64,000 nt of DNA from positions 290,522 through 354,521 of the forward strand of contig CAVUWV010000018.1 of assembly GCA_963745075.1 (NCBI GenBank), given 5' to 3'. Positions 37,588-49,400 of this stretch are shown here, in pieces. The DNA comes from Candidatus Hydrogenedentota bacterium. Lineage in GTDB: Bacteria; Hydrogenedentota; Hydrogenedentia; Hydrogenedentales; SLHB01. How positions within the stretch are numbered: position 1 is the first letter of the stretch; every line of letters begins with the position of its first letter. Made by a program: the position numbers and the translations under genes. Below the pieces are notes generated by a model, which was given only the letters and a program-made list of their open reading frames with translations, searched no databases and was not told where the DNA came from.

Positions 37588-39375
37588 TTGAGCGGAGCGA
37601 CGTTGGCGATATTGTCCATACTTCCCATTGCCGCCGTGGCGGTATTGCTCGTCGGTCTCAAGTGGCCGGCCAGCCGGGCGATGCCCATCTGCTACGTGGT
37701 GGCGCTGCTTCTCGCCCTTTTCGTGTGGAAGGTGCCCGTCGTCCAGACGTTGGCGGCGACGTTGAATGGCGTCATCATCACCGCGACCCTGCTCTGGATC
37801 ATCTTCGGCGCCATCCTCCTCCTGAACACCCTGCAACAAAGCGGCGCAATGCGGAGCATCCGCAACGGCTTCACGAACATCACACCCGATCGCCGGATTC
37901 AGGTGATCATCATCGCGTGGTTGTTTGGCTCACTCATGGAAGGGGTTGCAGGCTTTGGCACGCCTGCTGCGGTTGCCGTGCCACTCCTGGTCGGACTGGG
38001 ATTCCCGGCAATGGCCGCGGTCGTCGCAGGCATGATCATCCAAAGTACGCCGGTATCCTTTGGCGCGGCCGGTACACCCATTCTCGTGGGCGTCAACACC
38101 GGCCTTTCCACCGACAACACCGCGCGCATGTACGCGGAGAGCATCGGCGTAGCGGATTGGCACGGCTTTCTGTCGCTCATCGGGTTCAAAGTCGCGCTGC
38201 TGCACACCGCGTGCGGTACGCTCGTTCCGCTGATCGTGGTCACCCTCATGACACGATTCTACGGGGTCAACAAATCCTATGCGGAAGGATTACGGGTGTG
38301 GCGGTTTGCTTTGTTTGCCGCCTTCGCAATGACGCTCCCTTATTTGTTCGTCGCATTTCTGTTCGGTCCAGAATTCCCGACGATTATCGGCAGTTTGATC
38401 GGTCTCGCGGTGGTCGTGTCGGCAACCCGGATGGGCTACTTCGTGCCGGATTCCCGCGACGCGTGGGATTTCCCGCCGCACGATACGTGGCCCGATGACT
38501 GGAGCGGCACGATCGAGGTGGAAGACATAAAGCACCGGTACGGTGAAATGTCTCTCCTCCAAGCATGGATTCCGTACTTGCTCGTTAGCGTCCTCCTGCT
38601 CGCGACCCGTATAAAGTTTCTGCCCTTCGCGGGCTGGTTGCAGGCAACCACAATCAAGTTCTCCGACCTGCTCGGCACGGGGATACCGTCAAACGTTCCG
38701 ACGCTGTACTCGCCGGGCTCTATCTTCGTGCTCGTGTCCGTGCTGACCTGTGCGCTCCACCGTATGGATCGCACGTCGTACACCCGCGCCTGGCGAGATT
38801 CCATTGGGACCACGCTGCGCGCATCGGTCGCGCTCATTTTCACGGTCCCGATGGTCCAGGTCTTCATCAACTCCGGAAGTGGTGCAGCCGGTTACCCGAA
38901 GATGCCCATTGCCCTCGCAGACGGAGTTGCCGCGGCAACCGGCTCGGGATGGCCCATCTTTGCGCCATTCATCGGCGGGCTCGGGGCCTTCGTGGCGGGA
39001 AGCAACACCATCAGCAACATGATGTTCTCGCTCTTTCAATTTGGCGTAGGCGAACGGATTGGCGTGGACCCGACCTGGGTCGTCGCATTGCAGGCCGTGG
39101 GCGGCGCGGCGGGCAACATGATTTGCGTGCATAACGTGGTGGCGGCGTCCGCCGTCGTCGGTCTCATCGGCCGCGAGGGACTCGTGATACGAAAAACATT
39201 TTGGCCTTTCTTATACTACGCGCTCACGGCAGGATCCCTCGGATACGCAATCGTGTCGTACACGAAAACCGGATTTCTGAATGCCGGTGTATTGACGTTT
39301 ACATGCATCGCACTCGCTGCAGCACTCGTCATCGCCAAGGGAAGCCGCCGTCCACGACTCGGGGATTCCGAGTGA
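37588..39375 (+). CDS. lctP: L-lactate permease
   Basis: Polytopic; [49 protein letters not shown] start with AAGGAG RBS. Confidence 0.92.
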   Translation: MSGATLAILSILPIAAVAVLLVGLKWPASRAMPICYVVALLLALFVWKVPVVQTLAATLNGVIITATLLWIIFGAILLLNTLQQSGAMRSIRNGFTNITPDRRIQVIIIAWLFGSLMEGVAGFGTPAAVAVPLLVGLGFPAMAAVVAGMIIQSTPVSFGAAGTPILVGVNTGLSTDNTARMYAESIGVADWHGFLSLIGFKVALLHTACGTLVPLIVVTLMTRFYGVNKSYAEGLRVWRFALFAAFAMTLPYLFVAFLFGPEFPTIIGSLIGLAVVVSATRMGYFVPDSRDAWDFPPHDTWPDDWSGTIEVEDIKHRYGEMSLLQAWIPYLLVSVLLLATRIKFLPFAGWLQATTIKFSDLLGTGIPSNVPTLYSPGSIFVLVSVLTCALHRMDRTSYTRAWRDSIGTTLRASVALIFTVPMVQVFINSGSGAAGYPKMPIALADGVAAATGSGWPIFAPFIGGLGAFVAGSNTISNMMFSLFQFGVGERIGVDPTWVVALQAVGGAAGNMICVHNVVAASAVVGLIGREGLVIRKTFWPFLYYALTAGSLGYAIVSYTKTGFLNAGVLTFTCIALAAALVIAKGSRRPRLGDSE

Positions 39376-39440
39376 ATCCGACACCAAAATCCGGTATGAT
39401 CGCGAATTCACCCGAATCTCTCAAACACGGAGCATTTCTC

Positions 39441-40445
39441 ATGGCGCTGGATACCAGCAACCCGGACGTGGAATTTGCAATGCAGGCGGTTCGCCAGGCG
39501 GCGCGTGTGGCGCGCGAAGTCGAGCACGAATTGGTCGACCACACGATCACCAAGAAGGACAAGTCCCCCGTTACCGTCGCGGACTTTGCTGCGCAGGCGC
39601 TGGTCGGTTGTCTGTTGGACCAGGTGTATCCGAATGACCCCTTGGTTGCCGAGGAGAGTTCGGCGCATCTGCACGAACCGGACAACCGGGAAAACCTGAA
39701 CAACGTCGTTCAGTACGTGGGCCGCTATTTAGCCTACTCCACGCCCGAGACCGTCTGTGCATGGATCGATCACGGCCGCCAGGATTCCGCGAAGCGTTTC
39801 TGGACCCTGGACCCCATCGACGGCACGAAAGGGTTTCTCCGCGGCGATCAGTACGCCGTCGCATTGGCGTTAATCGTGGACGGCTCGGTGCAGGTGGGTG
39901 TTCTTGGCTGCCCGAACTTGAGCGACGGCTATCGGCCCAACCACGACGGACCCGGATCGTTGATTGTCGCGGTCCGCGGTGAAGGAACGTGGACTACGCC
40001 GTTGGCCACCGAGGGACCGCTGGTCCAACTTCAGGTATCACCGATTGAGGACGCCGCAGACGCGCGCTTACTGCGGTCGGTGGACGCAGGCCACACGAAC
40101 ACGGGCCGCGTTGCCCAGTTGATTGATACGCTCGACGTGAAAGCAAAACCCGTGCTGATGGACAGCCAGGCCAAGTACAGCGTGATGGCCGCCGGGCATG
40201 GCGATCTGCTCTTTCGTCTCCTGACCAAGGCCCAACCCGATTACAAAGAGAAGATCTGGGATCACGCCGCTGGCTCCATCGTCATCGAAGAAGCCGGCGG
40301 TCGCGTAACGGATTTGCTTGGAAACGCCCTCGACTTCACCCAAGGCCGTACGCTGGCCCAGAATGTCGGGATCGTCGCGTCCAACGGCCACCTCCACGAA
40401 GCGGCGTTGGGTGCGTTATCAGAGGTGTTTCACGACCAGCCCTAA
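39441..40445 (+). CDS. 3'(2'),5'-bisphosphate nucleotidase, HAL2/SAL1 type
   Basis: [50 protein letters not shown]. Confidence 0.93.
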   Translation: MALDTSNPDVEFAMQAVRQAARVAREVEHELVDHTITKKDKSPVTVADFAAQALVGCLLDQVYPNDPLVAEESSAHLHEPDNRENLNNVVQYVGRYLAYSTPETVCAWIDHGRQDSAKRFWTLDPIDGTKGFLRGDQYAVALALIVDGSVQVGVLGCPNLSDGYRPNHDGPGSLIVAVRGEGTWTTPLATEGPLVQLQVSPIEDAADARLLRSVDAGHTNTGRVAQLIDTLDVKAKPVLMDSQAKYSVMAAGHGDLLFRLLTKAQPDYKEKIWDHAAGSIVIEEAGGRVTDLLGNALDFTQGRTLAQNVGIVASNGHLHEAALGALSEVFHDQP

Positions 40446-41399
40446 TTGCACTCCGCCTCGAGCGGGCCGGCCAGTTCCTTCAGGAAGAACAAGCGCCCCG
40501 GAAGCGTCGGCATGAACGTGCTCGGAATCCACGGCGTCGGCTTGTGGTGCAACGTGGCCCAGAGCGACATGCCTTGCCACATCATGCCGCGGCCGAGTGC
40601 GCCGTCCGCGCCACCGATGATTCGATCCGACTTCAGAAACAGGCCCGGGCCCACCGTGTTCGCCGTCGTGGGCACGAGCGTCGTGCGGCTCTTGAAGCTC
40701 GTGATGGCGTTCTGTTCGATGGTGAGCGGATGCAACTGCGCGCCCAGACGGTAGTCGGCGTCCTTCCAGGCCTTGAGCGATTTATACTCCGCCGCGAAGT
40801 GGGGCTCCCAGAATGCAATGTGGCAAACGCGCCCGATGCCGAACACGGTGACTAGTTTCGCGCCCTTCTTCTTTAACGCACGGATTTGATCGCCGTACTC
40901 GCGGCAGCGCGCGTTTCACCGCAAAGTGCCGCTGCGACTTCGGGACCGTCAATTTACCGAGAGGACCGTAGAACGCCTCTTCCATGGCATTCTGAAAGGC
41001 GCCCGGATCCTTCGCAGGGAGCGTGTTGCCTTTGGCGTCGCTCCACTCATCCATGTTAAATCCGTGAACGTGCTTGCAGTCCACGCCCCACTCTCGGAGA
41101 AAGTAAACAGCCCACCGGTACATCCCCATGGGTCCCACGGGCAGGATGAACGCGATCGGCTTCTTTCGGGCCTTGGCCTGGGCAATCTCGTTCGCGATTT
41201 CGTGCCCCATCATCATGTCGAAGTCGGCGAGCGACTCGCACGGAACGGGCTCGAACTTCTTGTTCCACCAGCGTTCGGCGCGGGTGATGGTTTCGGGCTT
41301 GCGCGAACAGCAGGCATCCAGCGCCTTCAAATCCCAACCTTCGGGAAAGAACCCTTCCAGCAGCGATCCTTTCAACGTGCTCATCAGATTAATGGCCAT
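40442..41399 (-). CDS. Divergent glucosamine-6-phosphate isomerase/deaminase-like protein, one frameshift near 40901
   Basis: [31 protein letters not shown]; removing one base gives a continuous ...[14 protein letters not shown]... frame. Confidence 0.8.
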
Positions 41400-41491
41400 A
41401 GTGGGAATTCCTCCTTCGCGTGAATTTGTATCGCGGCATGGTACGCGGGAGTGCGCGTGCGTGTCCAGTCAGTTGCCCCGGGGAACACGAG

Positions 41492-42976
41492 CTATTTCTC
41501 GGTCAGCGATCCCCGCCACATCTCGAGCCCTTCGTAAATGTTGGCCATACCTACAAACAGTTCGTTTCCAACGGCGAGCATGTTCCGCGCGCCGTAGTTA
41601 TACGGATCGCCGAAGCCGTCGTTCATCACGAGTTCGTAGGTGTCGCCGTCCGGCGATCGGTAGATGTCGCCACCGGCCTCCAGCGCGGTACTCAGCGGCG
41701 TGGGGCTGCGCTTTAACGCGGTCTGCACCCCTTGCGTGTTTCCGTAGTCCGAAACAAGCACGAGAAATCCCAGCAGTTGCGAAATGGATTCCGGGAAATA
41801 ATCGACGATGTACTGGTAAATGGTCGCCTGATCCCACGTGCCGACGTACAGCTCCCCATTGAATTCGGCCAGCGACCAGATGTACGCGTTCAAGCTGCGG
41901 TCAAAACCGGGGCCGTAGCCCGAGACGGAATTCGGGCCCACGACCACTTCCACATTGTCGTCCGCGTCGACGCGGATCAGTTCACCACCCTTGAACAGCT
42001 TGCCCGACGTGCCAGCAGTGAAGCCCCCGAACACCTGGGTTCCGAAGTACAGTTTGTTCCTATATACGATGGTGGTCGCAGCGGCCTCGTTTTCCGGGTC
42101 GCCCCCACCGTCGGCAAGAACGAGTTGCGGAGGGTCGCCGTTCGGACCTTCGAGTTTCCAAACTTCGAACCCGGTCGTGAGGTTGGCGACGGACGCATAC
42201 AAGTAACCGTTGAACGCGGCAAGCGTCCAAATCCCCTTGTTGTCTGGATTTCCAAAACCATCGTTGATCACGTTCCAAACCGACTGCCCGTCGTGGGCCC
42301 AGATCTCACCCGGGGAACCGTCGCCGATTTCGCCCCCGGGAATGAAATTAAAGTAGAGGATTCCGCCGTGCACCACCATGGAACGGATACTGCCTTTACG
42401 CTCGTCCGACCAGACGATCTCCCAGTCGCCACGCTCACCCGTAGGAGACCTCCATAGGGACGGTGTGTCGGAAGCCGATCCCGCATAGAGGTACTTGGGC
42501 TGGTTCTCGCCGGGCGGCCGGTATACCTGAAGGGAGCGAAAGCCGGTCGTGCTGTACGCCGGACCAATCTCGTAGTGGCGAATATCCAGGACGCTCTGCC
42601 AGAAGCGCGGCCCGAGATCGGGACGGAACCGGCGGATCTCACCAGGACGCAACGGAGGAATCGGCGATTCCCACTGTCCGATCTGGTACAGGACTTGGTC
42701 GTCAATCCCATTGCCCGTGGAAACGTAGACGTGGCCCTCCGCAGCGCCGTCTGGCTGATAATAGATGAGCCCCCACGGGTAATCGTTGAGATCGATCAGA
42801 TTCTCGACGTAGCCGAATCCGTTTCGATTCACTTGCACAAAGTCGTGGGCTTTGAGCCCCGGGCCCGGATCGGGTCTCGGGCATCCCGAACCAAGCACTA
42901 CGGCGAGCGCGACCAATCCAAGGAACGGAACTAATCCATACGGGAAGGGTCGAGCAGAACTTCGGTCGACTCCCAT
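41492..42976 (-). CDS. Beta-propeller lipoprotein
   Basis: Lipobox LGSGC; repeats SIRSMVVHGGILY, GIWTLAAFNGYLY, YIWSLAEFNGELYVG, NDGFG; RBS GGAGGAG. Confidence 0.82.
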   Translation of the reverse strand: MGVDRSSARPFPYGLVPFLGLVALAVVLGSGCPRPDPGPGLKAHDFVQVNRNGFGYVENLIDLNDYPWGLIYYQPDGAAEGHVYVSTGNGIDDQVLYQIGQWESPIPPLRPGEIRRFRPDLGPRFWQSVLDIRHYEIGPAYSTTGFRSLQVYRPPGENQPKYLYAGSASDTPSLWRSPTGERGDWEIVWSDERKGSIRSMVVHGGILYFNFIPGGEIGDGSPGEIWAHDGQSVWNVINDGFGNPDNKGIWTLAAFNGYLYASVANLTTGFEVWKLEGPNGDPPQLVLADGGGDPENEAAATTIVYRNKLYFGTQVFGGFTAGTSGKLFKGGELIRVDADDNVEVVVGPNSVSGYGPGFDRSLNAYIWSLAEFNGELYVGTWDQATIYQYIVDYFPESISQLLGFLVLVSDYGNTQGVQTALKRSPTPLSTALEAGGDIYRSPDGDTYELVMNDGFGDPYNYGARNMLAVGNELFVGMANIYEGLEMWRGSLTEK

Positions 42977-43185
42977 CGGTCGTACTCCTCCTGCGATAAT
43001 CCGCGTCGTATGCCGTGGCTCTGAAAAACGCCCCCCGCACGATTTGCGCCAAGCGAGAGGGTCCACGTCGTATTTGGTATGTGGTGCTAGAAACCCAACG
43101 CAGCCACAGCAACCGGTAACTTACCAACTTACGGGTATTCCACGCAACTTAGCCTGCACACAGATTCAGACCCAAAACGCGACGC

Positions 43186-43575
43186 TCACGTTTCGCAGGC
43201 TTCACCGCGGACAAGTAGATAGACGCACACCGGGACAACCAACAGGTCAATCGCCACGTGAAACACGCTGAATGGGTTCGGCTGGACATACAGAAACCGA
43301 ACCACGCCCAGCGCACCGCCAATCGCTGGGAGCACCGCGCCCAGAATGAGCGCGATGCGGCCCCTTCCCCAAAGGAAGAGGCCAATGACGAAATAGACCG
43401 CGCCGAACAATGCTGCGCCAACAACGGAATGCGCGGCGCCGTAGACGGCTAACTGAGCCACATGCGTTACGCCCGACAGGACCATGAGCCCTGCCGCGAA
43501 CCGTCGCAAGCCTGTTGGGCTGTGCCGTCGTGACAAGTCGGTCGCCTGGCCAGTCCGGCCTTCCTCATCGGTCAT
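43186..43575 (-). CDS. Small four-helix membrane protein
   Basis: Four hydrophobic segments with two intramembrane His residues. Confidence 0.65.
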   Translation of the reverse strand: MTDEEGRTGQATDLSRRHSPTGLRRFAAGLMVLSGVTHVAQLAVYGAAHSVVGAALFGAVYFVIGLFLWGRGRIALILGAVLPAIGGALGVVRFLYVQPNPFSVFHVAIDLLVVPVCVYLLVRGEACET

Positions 43576-43676
43576 CTGCCGGATTCCTTTCGGCCTTCCT
43601 CGCGAAATACCGGCAACGCGAATATCGGGTGCAGCAAGACATGCCTATATTCTACAATGCATCAAGGGAGGACGCT

Positions 43677-45041
43677 ATGGTGAATCGAATCGGATTCGCG
43701 GGGTTGGTCGTGTTTACTGCATTCGTCGGAGCGGCCGCAGCCGCACCAGCGGTACAGGACGTATTGAACGCTGGGGATCGCGAATTCCTGACCGGCCTCA
43801 CCAAAGACGTTGTCGACGCATCCCGGGTCCACCCCGGCGAAACGGTTGGGGCCATTGGACCTAACGTGACCGGCGGGACGTTGATTCGCCCCGGCGGTCG
43901 CGATTGCTACCCCGCCTTTTGGATCCGCGACTACGCGATGTCGCTGGATTCCGGGATGGTTACACCCGATGAGCAACTCCACATGCTGATGCTCACCGCG
44001 TCCCACCAACAAGACACGGAATGGCAACTGCCGAGCGGGAGTGTGGTCACGCCGGGGTCGATCCCGGACCATATCAGTTTCGGCAACAAACCCATCTTCT
44101 ACCCCGGAACCCTCGAAGATTATGAAGGACAGGGCGGTCCCCGCTGGGGCAAGCTGCCCTGCCTGGACGACGCCTTCTTCTTCGTGCACATGGCCGCATA
44201 CTATGTGCACGCCACCGGCGACACCGAAATACTCAACAAGACGATTGGCGCAAAGACGCTTCTGACCCGGTTGGAAGAAGCCTACGCCATGCCACCCTCA
44301 CGGCCCGACACGGGTCTGGTCTACGCGGACGAGGAGGCGCGGGGCGTCACCTTCGGGTTCGTCGATACCATCATCCACACCGGCGACCTGCTATTCTGCT
44401 CCCTGCTAAAACTCCGCGCGGCGGACGAGTTGGCGGACTTGGCGGCACAAACCTCGCACACGGAACTGGTCGCCAAGTATGAAACGGAGGCAGCTAAACT
44501 GCGGTCTGCCATCGACGCGACCTTCGCCCTGGATAGCGGTCTCTTCAAAGCCTCCACCGGCCTGAGCGACCAGCCAGACGTGTGGGGCACCGCGTTCGGG
44601 GTCTACATCAGCGCGTTCACTCCCGAGCAAACCAACCGCGCGTGCCGGAAACTCGCCCAAGCCTATCGGGACGAGACTCTCGCCTGGAAAGGCCAAATCC
44701 GCCACGTGTTGACCACGGACGACTTCAGCAAAACCACGGCGTGGGAATCGACCGACGTGCCGAAAAACCACTACCAAAACGGCGCATATTGGGGTACGCC
44801 AACCGGTTGGGTCTGCTACGCCATTGCAAAGCTGGACCCGGAAGCGGCGAAGCAATTGGCCGCTGATTACATCGCGGAATTGCGGGAAGGTGACTTTCGC
44901 AAAGGTCCCGATTTTGGCTCCCCTTGGGAATGCATGCACCCCGACGGCAACCATCGCCAGAACCCCGTATACATGACCAGCGTGACCTGTCCACTTGCCG
45001 CGTTTCGACGCATCGAAACCGAGATACCCTCTTCGCGGTAG
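43677..45041 (+). CDS. Secreted six-hairpin glycosidase-like protein
   Basis: Signal peptide, YPAFWIRDY, FGFVD, YQNGAYW, PWEC; GGAGG RBS. Confidence 0.78.
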   Translation: MVNRIGFAGLVVFTAFVGAAAAAPAVQDVLNAGDREFLTGLTKDVVDASRVHPGETVGAIGPNVTGGTLIRPGGRDCYPAFWIRDYAMSLDSGMVTPDEQLHMLMLTASHQQDTEWQLPSGSVVTPGSIPDHISFGNKPIFYPGTLEDYEGQGGPRWGKLPCLDDAFFFVHMAAYYVHATGDTEILNKTIGAKTLLTRLEEAYAMPPSRPDTGLVYADEEARGVTFGFVDTIIHTGDLLFCSLLKLRAADELADLAAQTSHTELVAKYETEAAKLRSAIDATFALDSGLFKASTGLSDQPDVWGTAFGVYISAFTPEQTNRACRKLAQAYRDETLAWKGQIRHVLTTDDFSKTTAWESTDVPKNHYQNGAYWGTPTGWVCYAIAKLDPEAAKQLAADYIAELREGDFRKGPDFGSPWECMHPDGNHRQNPVYMTSVTCPLAAFRRIETEIPSSR

Positions 45042-45135
45042 CACGTCCTCCGGACTCTCGACGTTGCGTCTGCCGTGCCACTCCGTCACAATGACGCCCT
45101 GTGCAAGGCTACATTTACGTTACGAGGGCAAAACC

Positions 45136-45894
45136 ATGCGAACTCTGGGACTATTGATCATGACAATGCAAGCTTCCGCGGCCATTCACACGGAATCCGT
45201 CGAGTATCGCGACGGCGACACGGTGTTGGAGGGCTATCTGGCGTACAACGACGCGACGAAAGACAAACGGCCGGGCGTGCTCGTCGTTCACGCGTGGATG
45301 GGACTCGGCGATCAGGCGAAGGACAGTGCGCGCCGGTTGGCCGAACTCGGGTATGTCGCGTTCGCCCTGGACATGTACGGCAAGGGCGTCTATGCGAAGA
45401 ACCGCGACGAGGCAATGGCCCTTTCCAGTGCGCTCAAGGGCGACCGGGCCAAGATGCGGCAACGCGCGATTGCAGGACTAAACGTCCTCCGCGAACAACC
45501 GCTGGTGGATCCCAACCGAATCGCCGCAATCGGATACTGTTTCGGCGGCACAACCGTCCTGGAAATCGCCCGAAGCGGTGAACCGATCCAGGGCGTCGTC
45601 AGCTTCCATGGCGGTCTGGACTCGCCGGCCCCGGAAGACGGGAAAAACATCAAAGCGAAGGTGCTCGCACTGCACGGCGCCGACGATCCCACCATGCCGC
45701 CGGAGGCGGTGGCGGCATTCCAGCAGGAGATGCGCGACGGCGGCGTCGATTGGCAGATGATATACTACGGTGGCGCCGTGCACAGCTTCACCGACCCGGA
45801 CGCCAACATGGCCGGCATGGCCATGTACCACGAGCCCTCCGCCCGCCGCTCCTGGGAGGCGATGAAGCAGTTCTTCGGAGAAATCTTCGACTAA
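45136..45894 (+). CDS. Dienelactone hydrolase family protein
   Basis: GVLVVHAWMG, GYCFGG, SFHG, HGADD, HSFT. Confidence 0.93.
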   Translation: MRTLGLLIMTMQASAAIHTESVEYRDGDTVLEGYLAYNDATKDKRPGVLVVHAWMGLGDQAKDSARRLAELGYVAFALDMYGKGVYAKNRDEAMALSSALKGDRAKMRQRAIAGLNVLREQPLVDPNRIAAIGYCFGGTTVLEIARSGEPIQGVVSFHGGLDSPAPEDGKNIKAKVLALHGADDPTMPPEAVAAFQQEMRDGGVDWQMIYYGGAVHSFTDPDANMAGMAMYHEPSARRSWEAMKQFFGEIFD

Positions 45895-46158
45895 GACGAT
45901 TCCACCGCAAACGGTTGTCATCTGCGTTTGACCCGCCCTGGATTCGAGCGCCAGAAGCGACTTAGGTCTACACCGCCAGTCGCGCCCACCTACGCTTCCC
46001 CCTACGCGTGAGACAAATCCCCTCGGGGATCAAAAAAGACGGGTTACGGTTCCAAACGTAGACCGACAAAAGGCTTGCACGATCCAGCCCCCCCGTTGAT
46101 TGCATGGATCTTTATGCCACTTCCACAGCTTTTCGCCGTCGCAGATTTGCAGAGAAGA

Positions 46159-46187
46159 TTGACAGCAAACGGGCCTTGCGCTACAGT
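46159..46187 (+). promoter_or_regulatory. Sigma70-type promoter of the ELWxxDGT gene
   Basis: TTGACA-N17-TACAGT. Confidence 0.65.
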
Positions 46188-46190
46188 GAA

Positions 46191-46340
46191 CTGGGGTTGC
46201 TTCCCACTTCGCGATGGCCCGTCAGCAAGCTCGTCTACTGGCGCATACAGAGCCGAGAAGGGCCAAGCCGTTGCCAGAATTGCGTACGCCTCGCTTCCGT
46301 TGGGCAGCCAGCGAATGAGGGAAGTGGGAAAGGCTGCCGG
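46191..46340 (+). ncRNA. Candidate structured leader RNA (unclassified)
   Basis: Closing helix ttcccacttc/gaagtgggaa plus two internal stems, starting near the predicted transcription start. Confidence 0.3.
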
Positions 46341-46421
46341 TGCGTAGTATGGACGGTGTACGGCTACAACCTTCGAAGGGGAGTAACTTCCATTGCCTAC
46401 GTGGCTCTAACAGGGGGTACC

Positions 46422-49400
46422 ATGAACAAAGGCACCAGAGGTTCCAACCAATCGGTCAATTCTCAACACGCTGTCATGACGCCCACGATCGGGAAGACCG
46501 CCGTGAAGAGGAATCGTCGGTTCCCGGCGTGGTTCACGCCTTTGCTCCTCGTGTCTGTGCTCGCCTTAGCCCTGCCCAACAGCGTGATCGCCCAGCCCCC
46601 ATCGCTCGTCAAAAATATTCATCCGGAACAGGGGACAAGCCAGGGTTCTTCACCCAGTGAGATCGTTCTCCTCGGTTCAACCGCGTTCTTCTCCGCCGAA
46701 ACCGACGGCGAGGGACGAGAACTCTGGAAGAGTGACGGTACTTCCGGCGGCACAACACTTGTAAGAGATATCCTTCCCGGAACTCCTGACTCCGACCCCG
46801 AGTATTTCATCGCATTTAACGGCGCTGTGTATTTTCGCGCGGATGGCGGAACCTACGGGACAGAACTTTGGAAAACGGACGGCACCCTCGCGGGAACGGT
46901 CATGGTGAAGGACATCTACCCCGGGAGTGGGGGTTCCGACCCGTCCAGTTTCGCCATATCAAATGGCATTCTGTTCTTCACCGCGATAAATGACACCGAG
47001 GGCCGGGAACTCTGGCGCTCGGACGGCACGGCAGCGGGTACGACCCTCGTCAAGGATCTGTACGCCGGAACCTCGGGTTCCGACCCACGCTCACTAACCG
47101 ATGTAAACGGTACGCTGTACTTTGCGGTGACCGAGCCGGTTTCGGGAATCGGCCTGTGGCAGAGTGACGGCACGAGTGCGGGAACCACGCTCGTGCGTTC
47201 CTTCATCGTATCGCGTCCCGAGGATCTGACCAACGTGAATGGGACCTTATTCTTTGAAGCAATGGATGACTTCGCGAATGGTTTCGAACTATGGAAAAGC
47301 GACGGGACACCCGGAGGCACCGTTCTGGTCAAGGACATCAACCCGGGTTCCCCGGATTCCTATCTTCGCGATCTCGTCAATGTAGACGGAATCCTTTTTT
47401 TCAGTGCACTTCAGGGATCGGACGACCAGGAACTCTGGAAGAGCGATGGTACTACCGCTGGAACCGTCCGCGTGAAAGACATCAACCCGGGGCCAGATCC
47501 CGGGTTTGTGCGACACCTCTACAACCACAACGGCACGCTCTTTTTCTGTGCGGATAGCGGGTCGACGGGTCTCGAGCTATGGAAAAGCGACGGAACCAGC
47601 GCAGGAACGGTACTCGTCCGGAATATCAACTCCAGTTTTAGCGGGTTCGATCCGGACCAAGATCCCGGCTTCGTTTCACTCGGTGCCACCTTGTTTTACT
47701 CCGCGCAGGACGGTTCGCGAGGTTTCGAATTGTGGAAAAGCGACGGAACTTCCGCGACCACTTCGCTCGTCAAGGACATTAACCCGGGTTCACCGGATTC
47801 GGACCCCTACCACGGCGTCAACTTCGGCGCAAACATCCTCTTTACCGCCGATGATCTTATACACGGTCGAGAACTGTGGACTTGTAACGGCACCGGGGCT
47901 GGCACGGTGATGCTTAAAGACGTCCGGCCCACATGGAACGTTCGCCACGTGATCGACATGACGGAGTTGAACGGTCTGCTGTACTTCGGCGCCGACGACT
48001 TTACCCACGGCGGTGAACTCTGGTCGAGTGACGGCACGCCGTCAGGCACGAACTACGTCGAAGACCTCCGCCCGGGCACACTCGGGTCCGGCCCCCGTAA
48101 CATCACCCGCATCGGCAACAAACTCTTCTTTGTCGGGTACGACTCCGCCACGGGATACGAGCTGTATTGCAGCGACGGAACCTCGGCGGATACGGGCTTG
48201 GTAAAGGACATCTATCCCGGTACCGAAGATGGATTCGACATCCCTTGGGACAAAGGCCCCCGCTTTACCGAATTGAATGGAATGGCCTATTTTGGCGCCG
48301 ATGACGGAACAGGGATCTCGCTGTGGCGCACCGATGGCACCCCGGGCGGCACGGTGCTTGTTCACGAAGTTTTTGTCACCCAAGGACCAAGCGCCGCATT
48401 GCAGGACATGGTGCGGATGGGCGACAAGATCTACTTCTTCGCCGCGCCCGGTGGCACCGGATCTCAACTCTGGCGCAGCGACGGTACCGCCTCCGGAACC
48501 TACTCCATTGAGGACCTCCCGTCCGGCGGCTCCGAATTGACGGTCGTCGGAAATACGCTGTTCTTCGAAACAAACGGCGAGTTTGGCATTGGCGGCGAGT
48601 TGTTCAAGAGCGATGGCACGATCGGTGGGGCTACGCTTGTTACGGACATAGCGCCGGCCGGCCAGAGTTCCCGGCCCCAGAAATTGACGGAAGCAGAAGG
48701 GTTGCTCTATTTCACCGCCGAAGACGGCTACGAGCCGTACAGCAGCGGCGGTCACGGCAGGGAACTGTGGCGAAGCGACGGCACGCCGGCCGGCACGATC
48801 CTGGTCAAGGACATCAATCCCGGCGAAGAATCTTCGACACCGGAAGAGATCGTAGAAGCCGGCGATAAGGTCTTTTTCACGGCATTCGATCCCGTCGCCG
48901 GGCGTGAACTCTGGATCACCGACGGTACCGAAAGCGGTACCGTCCGCGTCAAAGACATTACACCCGGACTCCCCAGTTCCTACCCGTCAAGCATCGGAGC
49001 CATCGCAGGTGAACGAGGTACCTTCGCGATGCTGGCCGCCTCCGACGGAACGACCGGTATCGACTTGTGGTGGACGGATGGGACCGAGGCGGGCACGTAC
49101 CTTCTCGACGACATTGCCCCGGCCAGCGCCAGCTCAAATCCCAACAGCTTCGTCGCCATCGGTACGGACGTGTACTTCCTCGCGAATGATGGCGCTACAG
49201 GCGAAGAACTGTGGATCTTCCACGCGGGACAATTTGACGCGGATTCTGACGGCATCCCGGACGTGATTGACGGAACCGGCGATCCGGATGGCGATAATAT
49301 ACCGAGTTATCTCGACACCGATTCCGATGGTGACACCATTCCGGATAGCGTCGAAACAGCGGCGGACGCCGACTCCGACGGCATACCGAACTTCCTCGAC

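Noticed and set aside
39429..39443. Recurrent ggagcatttc string (also at 33061 and 62001)
   Set aside because: Two copies are simply an RBS plus spacer before ATG; no wider similarity.
46104..46421. Upstream start of the ELWxxDGT ORF
   Set aside because: It spans the promoter and leader; the signal peptide lies downstream of 46422.
46700..49250. Regularly spaced DNA repeats (gaactctggaagagcgacgg-like) as a CRISPR array
   Set aside because: Degenerate, codon-phased, about 150-bp period inside a CDS; these are protein repeats and no cas genes are present.
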